Shown: positions 55,705-64,000 of the stretch, piece by piece
Position numbering within the stretch: the first letter of the stretch is position 1
How the letters are laid out: every line of letters starts with the position of its first letter
Assembly (NCBI RefSeq): GCF_018402285.1
Contig: NZ_JAGYJH010000001.1
Coordinates: 83,589 to 147,588 of the forward strand
Source: Hyphomonas sp.
GTDB lineage: Bacteria > Pseudomonadota > Alphaproteobacteria > Caulobacterales > Hyphomonadaceae
Direction: 5' to 3'
Length of the DNA stretch: 64,000 nucleotides
Made by a program: the position numbers and the translations under genes
The notes under the pieces: model-generated
The model's input: only the letters and a program-made list of their open reading frames with translations
Databases searched by the model: none
Told to the model about the DNA's origin: nothing

Positions 55705-57102
55705 ATGCCTGACTCGCCCACGACAAATCAGCCTGAACTGACCGTTTCGGAACTCGCCGCGAGCCTGAAGCGGACGATCGAGACCAGTTACGACCAGGTG
55801 ACCGTGCGCGGGGAACTCGGCCGGGTCACCATTGCCAAGTCCGGGCACATGTATGCTGACCTCAAAGACGACAAGGCGGTGCTCAACACCATCATGTGGC
55901 GCGGGCAGGTCGACCGGCTGACCTTCCGGCCCGAGGAAGGCCTTGAGGTGGTCGCCACCGGGCGCCTCTCCACCTATGAAGGCCGCTCGGCCTATCAGAT
56001 GATCGCCAGCACGATGCGGCCGGCAGGCGCTGGCGCGCTGATGCAGCTGCTGGAGGAGCGCAAGAAGAAGCTTGCGGCGGAAGGCCTGTTCGACCAGGCC
56101 CACAAGAAGCCGATCCCCTATATGCCGCGCACCATCGGGGTGATCACCTCGCCGACGGGCGCCGTGATCCGGGATATCCTCCACCGTATCCGCGAGCGAT
56201 TCCCTGTGCGCGTCATTGTCTGGCCCGCGCTTGTGCAGGGGGAACAGGCGGCCGCTCAGGTCACCGCCGGTATCCGTGGCTTCAACGCCATGACCGGGGC
56301 TGACCGGCCCGATGTTCTGATCGTGGCAAGGGGCGGCGGGTCGATTGAAGACCTCTGGCCGTTCAATGAGGAGGGGGTCGTAAGGGCCGCTTTCGAGAGC
56401 GAAATCCCTTTGATTTCAGCGGTTGGGCACGAGACTGATACCACGCTGATCGATTATGTTTCCGACCGCAGGGCGCCAACGCCCACCGGAGCGGCCGAGA
56501 TTGCCGTGCCGGTGCGCACCGAGCTGATCCTCAGCATTGAGGAGTCTGGCCAGCGCCTGAAACGCGCCCTCACCCGCGCCCTCACCCGGGCCAAGGACAA
56601 GCTGGGCTCTGCCCGCCTGCCCCGGCCAGAAAGCCTCTTACAATCAAAGCGCCAGCGGCTGGACTTTGCCTCTGCGAGCCTTCCCCGCGCCGCCCTGGCA
56701 CTGACCCAGAAGGCGCGCCTGAAGCTCTCGCGCCTGCAGCTTTCCCCGGCCACTCTGAAGGCCGAGATACGCAGCCAGCGCCAGCGCCTGCGCGACACCG
56801 CCGTGCGCGCGCGCCCTGCCCTGATGCGGCTGATCGAGCAGCGGCGCAGCGCTCTGGCCTCTGAAGGCAAGCTGCTCGAGACCCTTTCCTACCAGGCCAC
56901 TTTGAAGCGCGGATACGCCCTCGTCCGGGACACGTCCGGCCAATTGGTGCGCAGTTCCGGCCAGGCTCGGACACTTGCGGCCATTTACGTCACATTCGCG
57001 GACGGAGATGTCACCGCCGCGCCTTTTGAAGGCGAGACACCGCCCCCGGCGCCAAAGAAATCCACAAGCTCCCCGAAGGGGGGGCAGGGCACCCTCTTCT
57101 GA
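55705..57102 (+). CDS. xseA: Exodeoxyribonuclease VII large subunit
   Basis: TSPTGAVIRD, ARGGGSIEDLW, SAVGHETD, RAPTPTGAAE. Confidence 0.97.
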   Translation: MPDSPTTNQPELTVSELAASLKRTIETSYDQVTVRGELGRVTIAKSGHMYADLKDDKAVLNTIMWRGQVDRLTFRPEEGLEVVATGRLSTYEGRSAYQMIASTMRPAGAGALMQLLEERKKKLAAEGLFDQAHKKPIPYMPRTIGVITSPTGAVIRDILHRIRERFPVRVIVWPALVQGEQAAAQVTAGIRGFNAMTGADRPDVLIVARGGGSIEDLWPFNEEGVVRAAFESEIPLISAVGHETDTTLIDYVSDRRAPTPTGAAEIAVPVRTELILSIEESGQRLKRALTRALTRAKDKLGSARLPRPESLLQSKRQRLDFASASLPRAALALTQKARLKLSRLQLSPATLKAEIRSQRQRLRDTAVRARPALMRLIEQRRSALASEGKLLETLSYQATLKRGYALVRDTSGQLVRSSGQARTLAAIYVTFADGDVTAAPFEGETPPPAPKKSTSSPKGGQGTLF

Positions 57103-57117
57103 GCCCCGAGCCGCGGC

Positions 57118-57735
57118 ATGCATCCAGCTCCCCGCTTCCGTGAAACTGACCCGGCCGTCCTGCTGGCGCGGATGGCGGCCCACCCGCTCGCGCTGGTGGC
57201 CGTCAATGGCGAGACCGCGCCGCTGGTTGGTCATACGCCGGTGATTGCCCGGCATGACAAGGATGGCGTTCTGCTGCGCTTTCATCTGTCTGCGGCCAAT
57301 CCGGCGGCGGCGCGGCTCCTGGCCGGGGCATCGGCAGTGATCGTCTTCACCGGGCCGGACGCTTACATTTCGCCGGACTGGTATGGCGATGTGCCCGATC
57401 AGGTGCCGACCTGGAATTACCTGTCGGTGGAGGCCGAGGGCCAGGCGCGCGAGACAGGCCGCGACGGGGCGGCAGCATTTCTCGATGACCTCTCGGCCGT
57501 GTTCGAAGCCGCCCTTCTGCCAAAGCCGCCCTGGACGCGGGGCAAGATGAAGCCGGCCGCCTTCGAGGCGATGCTGGTCGGTATCCGCGCTTTCGAGATG
57601 CGGCCACGAAGACTGGAAGGGATAACGAAGCTCGGCCAGAACAAGACGGCGCAGATGCGGGCGGGCGTGATCGAGGCACTGGAGGGATTGCCAGGGGGCG
57701 GGGTGATTGCTGCCGCGATGCGGGGGCTCGCCTAG
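57118..57735 (+). CDS. paiB: FMN-binding negative transcriptional regulator (PaiB family)
   Basis: GPDAYISPDWY, VPTWNY, KLGQNK. Confidence 0.85.
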   Translation: MHPAPRFRETDPAVLLARMAAHPLALVAVNGETAPLVGHTPVIARHDKDGVLLRFHLSAANPAAARLLAGASAVIVFTGPDAYISPDWYGDVPDQVPTWNYLSVEAEGQARETGRDGAAAFLDDLSAVFEAALLPKPPWTRGKMKPAAFEAMLVGIRAFEMRPRRLEGITKLGQNKTAQMRAGVIEALEGLPGGGVIAAAMRGLA

Positions 57736-57984
57736 GTTTCACGCAGCCGTTCTGGCCGGACGTAGCAGGCGCTGGCCGGTTTGATGGGTGAGTTCGGGGG
57801 TCAGTTTATAGCCAGGAAGTGTCGGCGTGCGCGGTGAGGGGGCAAGATTGATCATGGGGCGGAGGATACGCCCCCGGGCGGGAGGGGATGGAGAGATTTG
57901 CGGGACGAATTTTTTTAGGATGTTGATTGGGATAGGGGTTTGGCTGGCGCAGGGGACTTGGGTTTGTTGGATAAGGCGCAAGGC

Positions 57985-58160
57985 CCTTAACCTCCCATCG
58001 CTTTGCGATGGGTCCCTCCTTGTTCGGGAAATCGCAGTGCGATTTCTGGTCCCCACAAGCCCTCAAGCAAGAGAGGCGTAAAGTGAGTAGGACGCCTCTT
58101 ACCCTCTGCCATAAATGGAAGATGGGGCGCCCGCGCGCGAAGAGCGTGGGAAGTGAGGGT
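57985..58160. repeat. Multi-hairpin palindromic intergenic element (REP/MITE-like)
   Basis: Hairpins at 57994-58012, 58028-58046 and 58072-58099; outer ends are degenerate inverted copies. Confidence 0.5.
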
Positions 58161-58209
58161 CTCGTGGATGCGGGATGACAGGGGGGGCGGGAAGCGGCTA
58201 GATAGGGTC

Positions 58210-59622
58210 ATGACCCAGACACTGCCCCCCGCCTTTCTCGCCGCCGTCAAAGACCTGCTTGGGCCAAAGGGCTGGAGCCAGGATCCGGAGAAGCTGCTGG
58301 AAGCGGCCACGCCCTGGCGGGGGACGTATCAGGGGACAACGCCTCTGATCGTGCGGCCTGCCTCAACTGCCGAGGCCGCGGCGCTGGTGAAGCTCTGCGC
58401 GCAGCATGGCGTGGCGATGACGCCGCAAGGGGGCAATACCGGACTGATCGACGGGGGCACGCCGCACGGCGAGGTGTGTGTTTCGATGACGCGGATGAGC
58501 GCCCTGCGCGAGACCGATCCGTTCAATAATTCCATGACGATTGAAGCCGGCGCAACGCTGGTTTCCGCGCAGGCGGCCGCCGAGGCAGCCGGGCGGCTGT
58601 TTCCCCTCTCGCTCGGCTCGGAAGGGACCGCGACGATTGGCGGCCTCATTTCAACCAATGCCGGGGGGGTGGCCGTGCTGCGCTATGGCATGATGCGCGA
58701 CCTGATCCTGGGGCTGGAGGTGGTTCTGCCATCCGGCGAGGTGTGGGACGGGCTTTCGGGGCTGCGCAAGAACAATACCGGATATGACCTGAAGCATCTT
58801 TTTGCCGGGGCCGAAGGCACGCTGGGCCTGATCACGGCGGCGACGCTGAAGCTCTTCCCGCAGGTCCAGAGCGCGGCGGCGTGGGTTATATGCGCGTCTA
58901 CGGATGACGTTGTGAAACTGCTGGCGCTGGTGCGCGGGAAGGTCGGGGATTCGGTGACGAGTTTCGAGATCATCCCGGCGAACGCGGTAGAGATGGTAGT
59001 GGCTGATATTCCCACTGCCCGGGACCCGATGCCATCGAACGCGCCGTGGCGGGTGCTGATGGAAGTTTCCCAGACGGACGGGGCCTATGCGCGCACATTG
59101 CTGGAACGCGCCCTGGAAGCGGCGATGGAGGAAGGCCTTGTGCAGGACGCGGCGATTGCCGAAAGCGAGACCCAGGCGAAATCCTTCTGGCATATCCGCG
59201 AGACAATCCCCCTGTCCAAGCGCGCTTATGGCGCGGCGCTGAACCAGGACATTTCCGTTCCCGTGAGCCGGATTCCGGCTTTCATCGAGGCGTGCAATTC
59301 CGCTGTGCGCGATGTTCTGCCTACGGCGGATTTTGTGATCTTCGGGCATGTGGGCGACGGGAATTTGCATTATTCCGTGGTCGAAGCGCAGGGGGCGGCA
59401 GAGCCGCAGCTCAAAGCTCATGAGGACGCGATCACGCGGGTGATCTTTGACACCGTGATGGGCCATGGCGGATCGATCTCTGCCGAGCATGGCGTGGGGC
59501 GGCTGAAGCGGGATGAACTTGCCCGCCTGCGCCCGCCCGCCGCCACCCAAGCGATGCGGGCGATCAAGCGCGCGCTGGACCCGCAGGGGATCATGAACCC
59601 GGGGCGGGTTGTGACAGTCTAG
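58210..59622 (+). CDS. FAD-binding oxidoreductase (D-2-hydroxyacid dehydrogenase, GlcD/D2HGDH-like)
   Basis: PQGGNTGL, STNAGG, RKNNTGYDL, GHVGDGNLH, SAEHGVG, DPQGIMNPG. Confidence 0.9.
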   Translation: MTQTLPPAFLAAVKDLLGPKGWSQDPEKLLEAATPWRGTYQGTTPLIVRPASTAEAAALVKLCAQHGVAMTPQGGNTGLIDGGTPHGEVCVSMTRMSALRETDPFNNSMTIEAGATLVSAQAAAEAAGRLFPLSLGSEGTATIGGLISTNAGGVAVLRYGMMRDLILGLEVVLPSGEVWDGLSGLRKNNTGYDLKHLFAGAEGTLGLITAATLKLFPQVQSAAAWVICASTDDVVKLLALVRGKVGDSVTSFEIIPANAVEMVVADIPTARDPMPSNAPWRVLMEVSQTDGAYARTLLERALEAAMEEGLVQDAAIAESETQAKSFWHIRETIPLSKRAYGAALNQDISVPVSRIPAFIEACNSAVRDVLPTADFVIFGHVGDGNLHYSVVEAQGAAEPQLKAHEDAITRVIFDTVMGHGGSISAEHGVGRLKRDELARLRPPAATQAMRAIKRALDPQGIMNPGRVVTV

Positions 59623-59654
59623 CCCCCTGCCCGGCCCGGCGAATCGGCCTCATA

Positions 59655-59670
59655 TTAACGCCTCGTTAAC
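59655..59670 (+). promoter_or_regulatory. Consensus CtrA box
   Basis: TTAA-CGCCTCG-TTAAC, with GAATC at 59641. Confidence 0.75.
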
Positions 59671-59706
59671 CACGGCCTCCGCAAAGCTGGCCAGCCGCAG
59701 AACGCG

Positions 59707-61089
59707 ATGGGGACAGACATGGTCTGGTATACCGACCTCCGGAGCCGGAGACTTTTTTCAGAGGCCGAGGGCGACTGGACCTCCCGCCGTCTGCTGGAGC
59801 TGCGCGCGCAGCTTGCCTCTCCGCCGCCCAGGGGCGTACCGCGGCGGACGAAGGATGCGAGCCTCATCATCGGCACCTGGAACATCCGCGATTTTGACAA
59901 CAACAAGTTCCGCCACGGGCCGCGGCGGCGCGAGAGCCTGCACTATATCGCCGAAGTGCTTTCGGCGTTTGATGTCTGCGCGCTGCAGGAGGTCAACGAG
60001 GATATCGGGCCACTGAAGGATGTAATCCGCCTGATGGGGCCGGGATGGGATTTCATCGCGACCGATGTGACGACCGGGTCGAGCGGCAACCGGGAGCGGA
60101 TGTGTTTCGTATATGACGCCCGCAAGGTCCGTTTCCGTAACATCGTTGGCGAGATCGTTCTGCCAAAGCATGCGCTGCTGCCCGGCGAGCAGCAGTTTGC
60201 GCGCACCCCGTTCATGGTGAGCTTTCAGGCGGGGTGGTTCAAATTCTCGCTGTGTACGGTGCATATCTATTTCGGGGAGGCCGCGAAGGGGAGCGATGGC
60301 TATGCCCGGCGCGTGTCCGAGATCGAGTATATCGCCCGGGAGATGGCCGGCCGCGCCGAGCGGGAGAACGAGAACTATATCCTGCTGGGCGATTTCAACA
60401 TCAAGAACCCGGTGGACGAGACGATGGGGGCGCTGACCAAGGCGGGCTTCCACCTGCCGCCCGAGCAGTATCCGTCTAACCTTCTGGGGACGCACTATTA
60501 TGACCAGATCGCCTTTCGCACGCGCAAGGATGAGCTGACATTCCTGTCTTCTGGCGCGTTTGACTGGAGCCAGTCTCTGTTCCGGCCCGACCATTACGAG
60601 CATTACGCGCCTGTGCTGCCCAAACGCCACCGGGACCTCAGGCCCGATGGCAGCCCGCGCGATACCGGGAAGGACAGGGACTATTATTCGAGGCGCTGGC
60701 TGACCTGGCAGATGTCGGATCATCTGCCGCTCTGGGTGGAGCTGGCGATCGACTTTTCCGATGCCCACCTTCTGCATAATGTGAAGGGCGCGTTCGAGGC
60801 CGGAGATGTGCCTGCGCAGGTGGAGTTTACAGAAGAAGCTGAGCCCGTGGCGGCGCCGCCGGAGCCGGCCGAACCTGTGCGCCCCCTGAAGAAGAAGCGC
60901 AAGGCTCCCAAGGTGGCCGCGCCGGAGAAGCAGGGCACGCTGGCGCCTGCGCCGAAAATGAGTTTCGCCGAAGGCTGGCGGATTTTCTGGTGGGTGGCGA
61001 GCGGGGGCGCCGACCGGATGCGCAGGGCGAAGGAGGCGGGCAAGAAGGCCGCCAGGCCGCGCAGGGCGGCGAGGAAGCCTGACGCCTAG
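59707..61089 (+). CDS. Endonuclease/exonuclease/phosphatase (EEP) family protein with low-complexity C-terminal tail
   Basis: TWNIR, LQEV, LLGDFN, YDQI, SDHLPLW. Confidence 0.85.
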   Translation: MGTDMVWYTDLRSRRLFSEAEGDWTSRRLLELRAQLASPPPRGVPRRTKDASLIIGTWNIRDFDNNKFRHGPRRRESLHYIAEVLSAFDVCALQEVNEDIGPLKDVIRLMGPGWDFIATDVTTGSSGNRERMCFVYDARKVRFRNIVGEIVLPKHALLPGEQQFARTPFMVSFQAGWFKFSLCTVHIYFGEAAKGSDGYARRVSEIEYIAREMAGRAERENENYILLGDFNIKNPVDETMGALTKAGFHLPPEQYPSNLLGTHYYDQIAFRTRKDELTFLSSGAFDWSQSLFRPDHYEHYAPVLPKRHRDLRPDGSPRDTGKDRDYYSRRWLTWQMSDHLPLWVELAIDFSDAHLLHNVKGAFEAGDVPAQVEFTEEAEPVAAPPEPAEPVRPLKKKRKAPKVAAPEKQGTLAPAPKMSFAEGWRIFWWVASGGADRMRRAKEAGKKAARPRRAARKPDA

Positions 61090-62342
61090 AGCGCGGCAAG
61101 CAGCGTTGCAGCCGCGGCCCAGAGGGGCTCGCTGGCCTTGACGATGACGGGATGATGGGTCGATCGGTCCCCGCCGGGCACGGAGGTTCCGGTGACGGCG
61201 AAGGCGATCTCTGCGTCGAGCGCCGGGGCGTGGAAGGCGCCCGAGTAGAGGCCGTAAGCTTCGCCGTGATGGCCGATGAGCCATGTGCCCGGGATGGGGG
61301 AGTTGCCTGGCAAATGCCATTGAACGCCGAAACCGAAATCGGTGAAATATCCCTCATCGGTGTCACCATTGGGGCGGGCGGGGTTGTAGATCCATTGCTC
61401 GAGGGGCCGGGATATCGTTCCGGGAACGCTGGCCGCGGCACGCGCGAGGATGGCCATGTCCTCCAGGCTGGCGCGCAGGCCGCCTTGCGGGCTGAAGAGG
61501 GTGCCGTTTGTGCCCGGAATGTAATCTGCGAGGCGAGCGCCCTCGTCGATCAGAATTGCCGGATCTCTTCCTTTGAGGTTGGCGGGGCCATCGGCCTCAA
61601 CCTGCCAGCTGCCTTCTGCTTCGCGGCTGTAGAGTGTGGCGGCTTTGCGTCGTTTTCCGCGCGAGACGCCCGACCAGTTGAAGCCCGCGTCGAGGCCGAG
61701 GGGGCCGATTACTTCGCGGGCGGCGAGGTGGTCGAACCTCTCTCCGGTTTGCTTCTCCAGTAAGGCGCCGGCGAGGCCGTAACCGAAATTGCAGTAACGG
61801 AAGCCGACGCCGGGAAGGCTCCACCATTCCGGGCTCCACATGCCGGGCGTGAACAGGTCTTCGGTGCGCCCGGGGGCGGCCATCCAGTAGACGTCCGGAT
61901 CGCGGAGGCCTGATCTGTGGCCAAGGAGGTGGCCAAGCGTGATCGGGATATTCGGGTAGGCCGCGTTTATGAGCGCAGGGGTGAAGCTATCCCGAATGTC
62001 CGCATCCAGATCGACTTCACCTTTCTCCGCGAGACGCTGCGCGGTGAGAGCGGTCGCCATCTTCGAGACCGAGGCGACGCGCATGGGGGTTTGCGGCGTG
62101 AAGGGGACGGCGTCTGCCTCGCCCGCTGCGCCCTGAGCGAGGCCGTCGGCATGGGCGAAAATCACTTCACCGCGATGGCGCACGACGAGGCCTGCGGCGG
62201 GGACCATGGCGGAATAGACGAGGTCTTCGATGCGGCGGCGGGCGGAGGCGGCGGGCGTGCGCAGGGGGTCAGGGCGATGGGCGCAGGCGGTGAGCGTCAG
62301 CCCCGCCAGACCTGTCATCAGGACGCGCCTGTTCAACGTCAT
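61086..62342 (-). CDS. Serine hydrolase (beta-lactamase family), probable Tat lipoprotein
   Basis: NRRVL..LTAC signal; ASVSK, HRSG, FRYCN, GHHGEAYG. Confidence 0.85.
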   Translation of the reverse strand: MTLNRRVLMTGLAGLTLTACAHRPDPLRTPAASARRRIEDLVYSAMVPAAGLVVRHRGEVIFAHADGLAQGAAGEADAVPFTPQTPMRVASVSKMATALTAQRLAEKGEVDLDADIRDSFTPALINAAYPNIPITLGHLLGHRSGLRDPDVYWMAAPGRTEDLFTPGMWSPEWWSLPGVGFRYCNFGYGLAGALLEKQTGERFDHLAAREVIGPLGLDAGFNWSGVSRGKRRKAATLYSREAEGSWQVEADGPANLKGRDPAILIDEGARLADYIPGTNGTLFSPQGGLRASLEDMAILARAAASVPGTISRPLEQWIYNPARPNGDTDEGYFTDFGFGVQWHLPGNSPIPGTWLIGHHGEAYGLYSGAFHAPALDAEIAFAVTGTSVPGGDRSTHHPVIVKASEPLWAAAATLLAAL

Positions 62343-62345
62343 CGC

Positions 62346-64000
62346 TTATCCCCGCCGGCCGAACAGGCGTTCGATGTCAGCCAGCTTAAGCTCCACATAG
62401 GTGGGGCGGCCGTGATTGCACTGGCCCGAATGAGGCGTGGCTTCCATCTGGCGGAGGAGCGCGTTCATTTCGTCGCCGTTCAGACGGCGACCGGCGCGGA
62501 TGGAGGAGCGGCAGGCCATGTTGCCCATCACTTCCTCGAAGCGTTCCGACAGTGTGAGGCCGGCTTCATATTCGGCAAAATCATCGGCGAGGTCGCGGAT
62601 GAGGCCGGCGGCGTCCATCTCCCCGAACAGGGCGGGGGTGGCGCGCACGGCGATGGCGCCGGGGCCGAAGGGTTCGATCTCCAGCCCGAGCGCGGCGAGT
62701 TCCTCGGCGCGGGCACAGACGCGGTGGGCCTCGTCTTCGGAGAGCTCGACAATATCGGGTATCAGCAGCGCCTGACGGCGCACGCCGCCTTCGGCCATCT
62801 GGCGTTTCATGGATTCATAAACCAGCCGCTCATGGGCGGCATGTTGGTCTACGATGACGATACCGTCTGCCGTTTGAGCAATGACATAGGTTTCGTGGAC
62901 CTGGGCGCGGGCAGCGCCGAGGGGGTATTCCCCGAGCGGTCCCGGCGCGGGCATGGGGCCGGTTTCGACCTTTGCTGTGGGGGCGCCTTCATAGGCGCTC
63001 GCCTCCGGGACAAAGCCGCGCGGCGTGAAGGGTGCGTCTGTGCCATCTCCTTCGACCTGGCGGGCGGCGTAGCCCTGAGGCGGCATGACGGGGCGCTGGG
63101 TGTAGCCGCCGGGCCCACTTTGTGTTTGTGGCGCCTGCCAGAGGAAGCCTGCCTGCGGGGCGGGCTCTGCGCGGGCCTTGCCGAGGGCGAAGCCAGCGAC
63201 GGTGGTGGAGGCGCGGTGACCGGCGGCGGCGAGGGCATGGCGCAGCGCCGAGATCATCAGGCCGCGCACGCCGCCTGCATCGCGGAAGCGCACTTCGGTC
63301 TTGGCGGGGTGGACGTTGACGTCCACGCCTTCCGGATCAAGGTCGACGAAGAGCGCCACCATGGGATGGCGGTCCCGGGCGAGGAAATCCTGATAGGCGG
63401 CGCGCACGACGCCCGTCAGCATACGGTCTTTCACCGGGCGGCCATTGACGAACAGGAACTGCATCTGCGCGTTGCCGCGATTGAGCGTCGGCAAACCTGC
63501 AAAACCCGAGAGGCGCACGCCTTCGCGGGTCGCGTCGACGGCGACGGCATTGTCTGAAAAGTCCCGCCCCATGATGGCGCCGAGGCGCTTGAGACGGCCT
63601 CCATCGCCGGGGCCTTCAGCGGGATAGCGCAAGAGGTTGCGACCATTGCTTTCGAGGCTGAAGGCGACTTCCGGATTGGCCATGGCGAGGCGTTTGACGG
63701 CGTCGGTGACAGCCATGGCCTCGGCGCGCTCGCCGCGCATGAATTTCAGGCGGGCGGGGGTGGCGTGGAAAAGGTCGTTTACGTCGATGCGCGTGCCGGT
63801 GTCGCTGCGCCCGGTGAAGGCGGCGGGCCGGGGGCCATCGAGGCGGCCGGCATCGGAGAAGATTTCAGCGGCCTCTTCCCCGGCGGCGCGCGAGACGATG
63901 CGCATGCGGCTGACCGAGGCGATGGAGGGCAAGGCTTCGCCCCGGAAACCCATGGTGAAGATGTTGAGGAGATCCACCCGGCCGTCTGTGTCCGGCACGA
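62346..64000 (-). CDS. mutL: DNA mismatch repair protein MutL (5' end outside the window)
   Basis: [38 protein letters not shown]. Confidence 0.95.
   Translation of the reverse strand, partial: VPDTDGRVDLLNIFTMGFRGEALPSIASVSRMRIVSRAAGEEAAEIFSDAGRLDGPRPAAFTGRSDTGTRIDVNDLFHATPARLKFMRGERAEAMAVTDAVKRLAMANPEVAFSLESNGRNLLRYPAEGPGDGGRLKRLGAIMGRDFSDNAVAVDATREGVRLSGFAGLPTLNRGNAQMQFLFVNGRPVKDRMLTGVVRAAYQDFLARDRHPMVALFVDLDPEGVDVNVHPAKTEVRFRDAGGVRGLMISALRHALAAAGHRASTTVAGFALGKARAEPAPQAGFLWQAPQTQSGPGGYTQRPVMPPQGYAARQVEGDGTDAPFTPRGFVPEASAYEGAPTAKVETGPMPAPGPLGEYPLGAARAQVHETYVIAQTADGIVIVDQHAAHERLVYESMKRQMAEGGVRRQALLIPDIVELSEDEAHRVCARAEELAALGLEIEPFGPGAIAVRATPALFGEMDAAGLIRDLADDFAEYEAGLTLSERFEEVMGNMACRSSIRAGRRLNGDEMNALLRQMEATPHSGQCNHGRPTYVELKLADIERLFGRRG

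Noticed and set aside
1..64000. CRISPR array, rRNA or phage structural genes
   Set aside because: No regularly spaced repeat-spacer array, rRNA-like stretch or phage gene recognised

Overview
High-GC alphaproteobacterial chromosome segment. ctrA, type II thrB, a TorF-like porin and P450s suggest a Hyphomonas/Caulobacterales-like organism (inference). Most of the window is ordinary metabolic and housekeeping genes (pccA, ald, azoR, map, thrB, rnhA, ctrA, purD, xseA, partial mutL, transporters, hydrolases, two P450s). The standout is a ~3.6 kb island (14704-18335) inserted into the anticodon loop of the host tRNA-Leu(UAA) gene. The host gene is left as two intact-looking halves (14673-14712 and 18327-18381) with a duplicated 9-bp core, CTTAAAATC. 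The island does not repair the host gene at the junction. Instead it carries a complete, different tRNA-Leu(UAA) gene (14862-15199) interrupted by a 251-nt group I intron placed exactly inside the same core (CTT^AAAATC). My inference is that the intron hides the integration site in the DNA while splicing restores the tRNA. The island also carries an AbiEi-type antitoxin, a truncated AbiEii-type toxin, an in-frame HipB-HipA fusion with an operator array and an IS3-like remnant, but no integrase. Secondary oddities: a His-less pseudo histidine kinase divergent from a PAI-like (fatty-acid isomerase-like) flavoprotein, a degenerate FlhF/FlhG pair upstream of ctrA, a perfect CtrA box before an EEP-family gene, an internally deleted ABC-F, a decayed radC, and two genes with single-base frameshifts that may be assembly errors. 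All family assignments are from motif recognition by eye; no searches were run.
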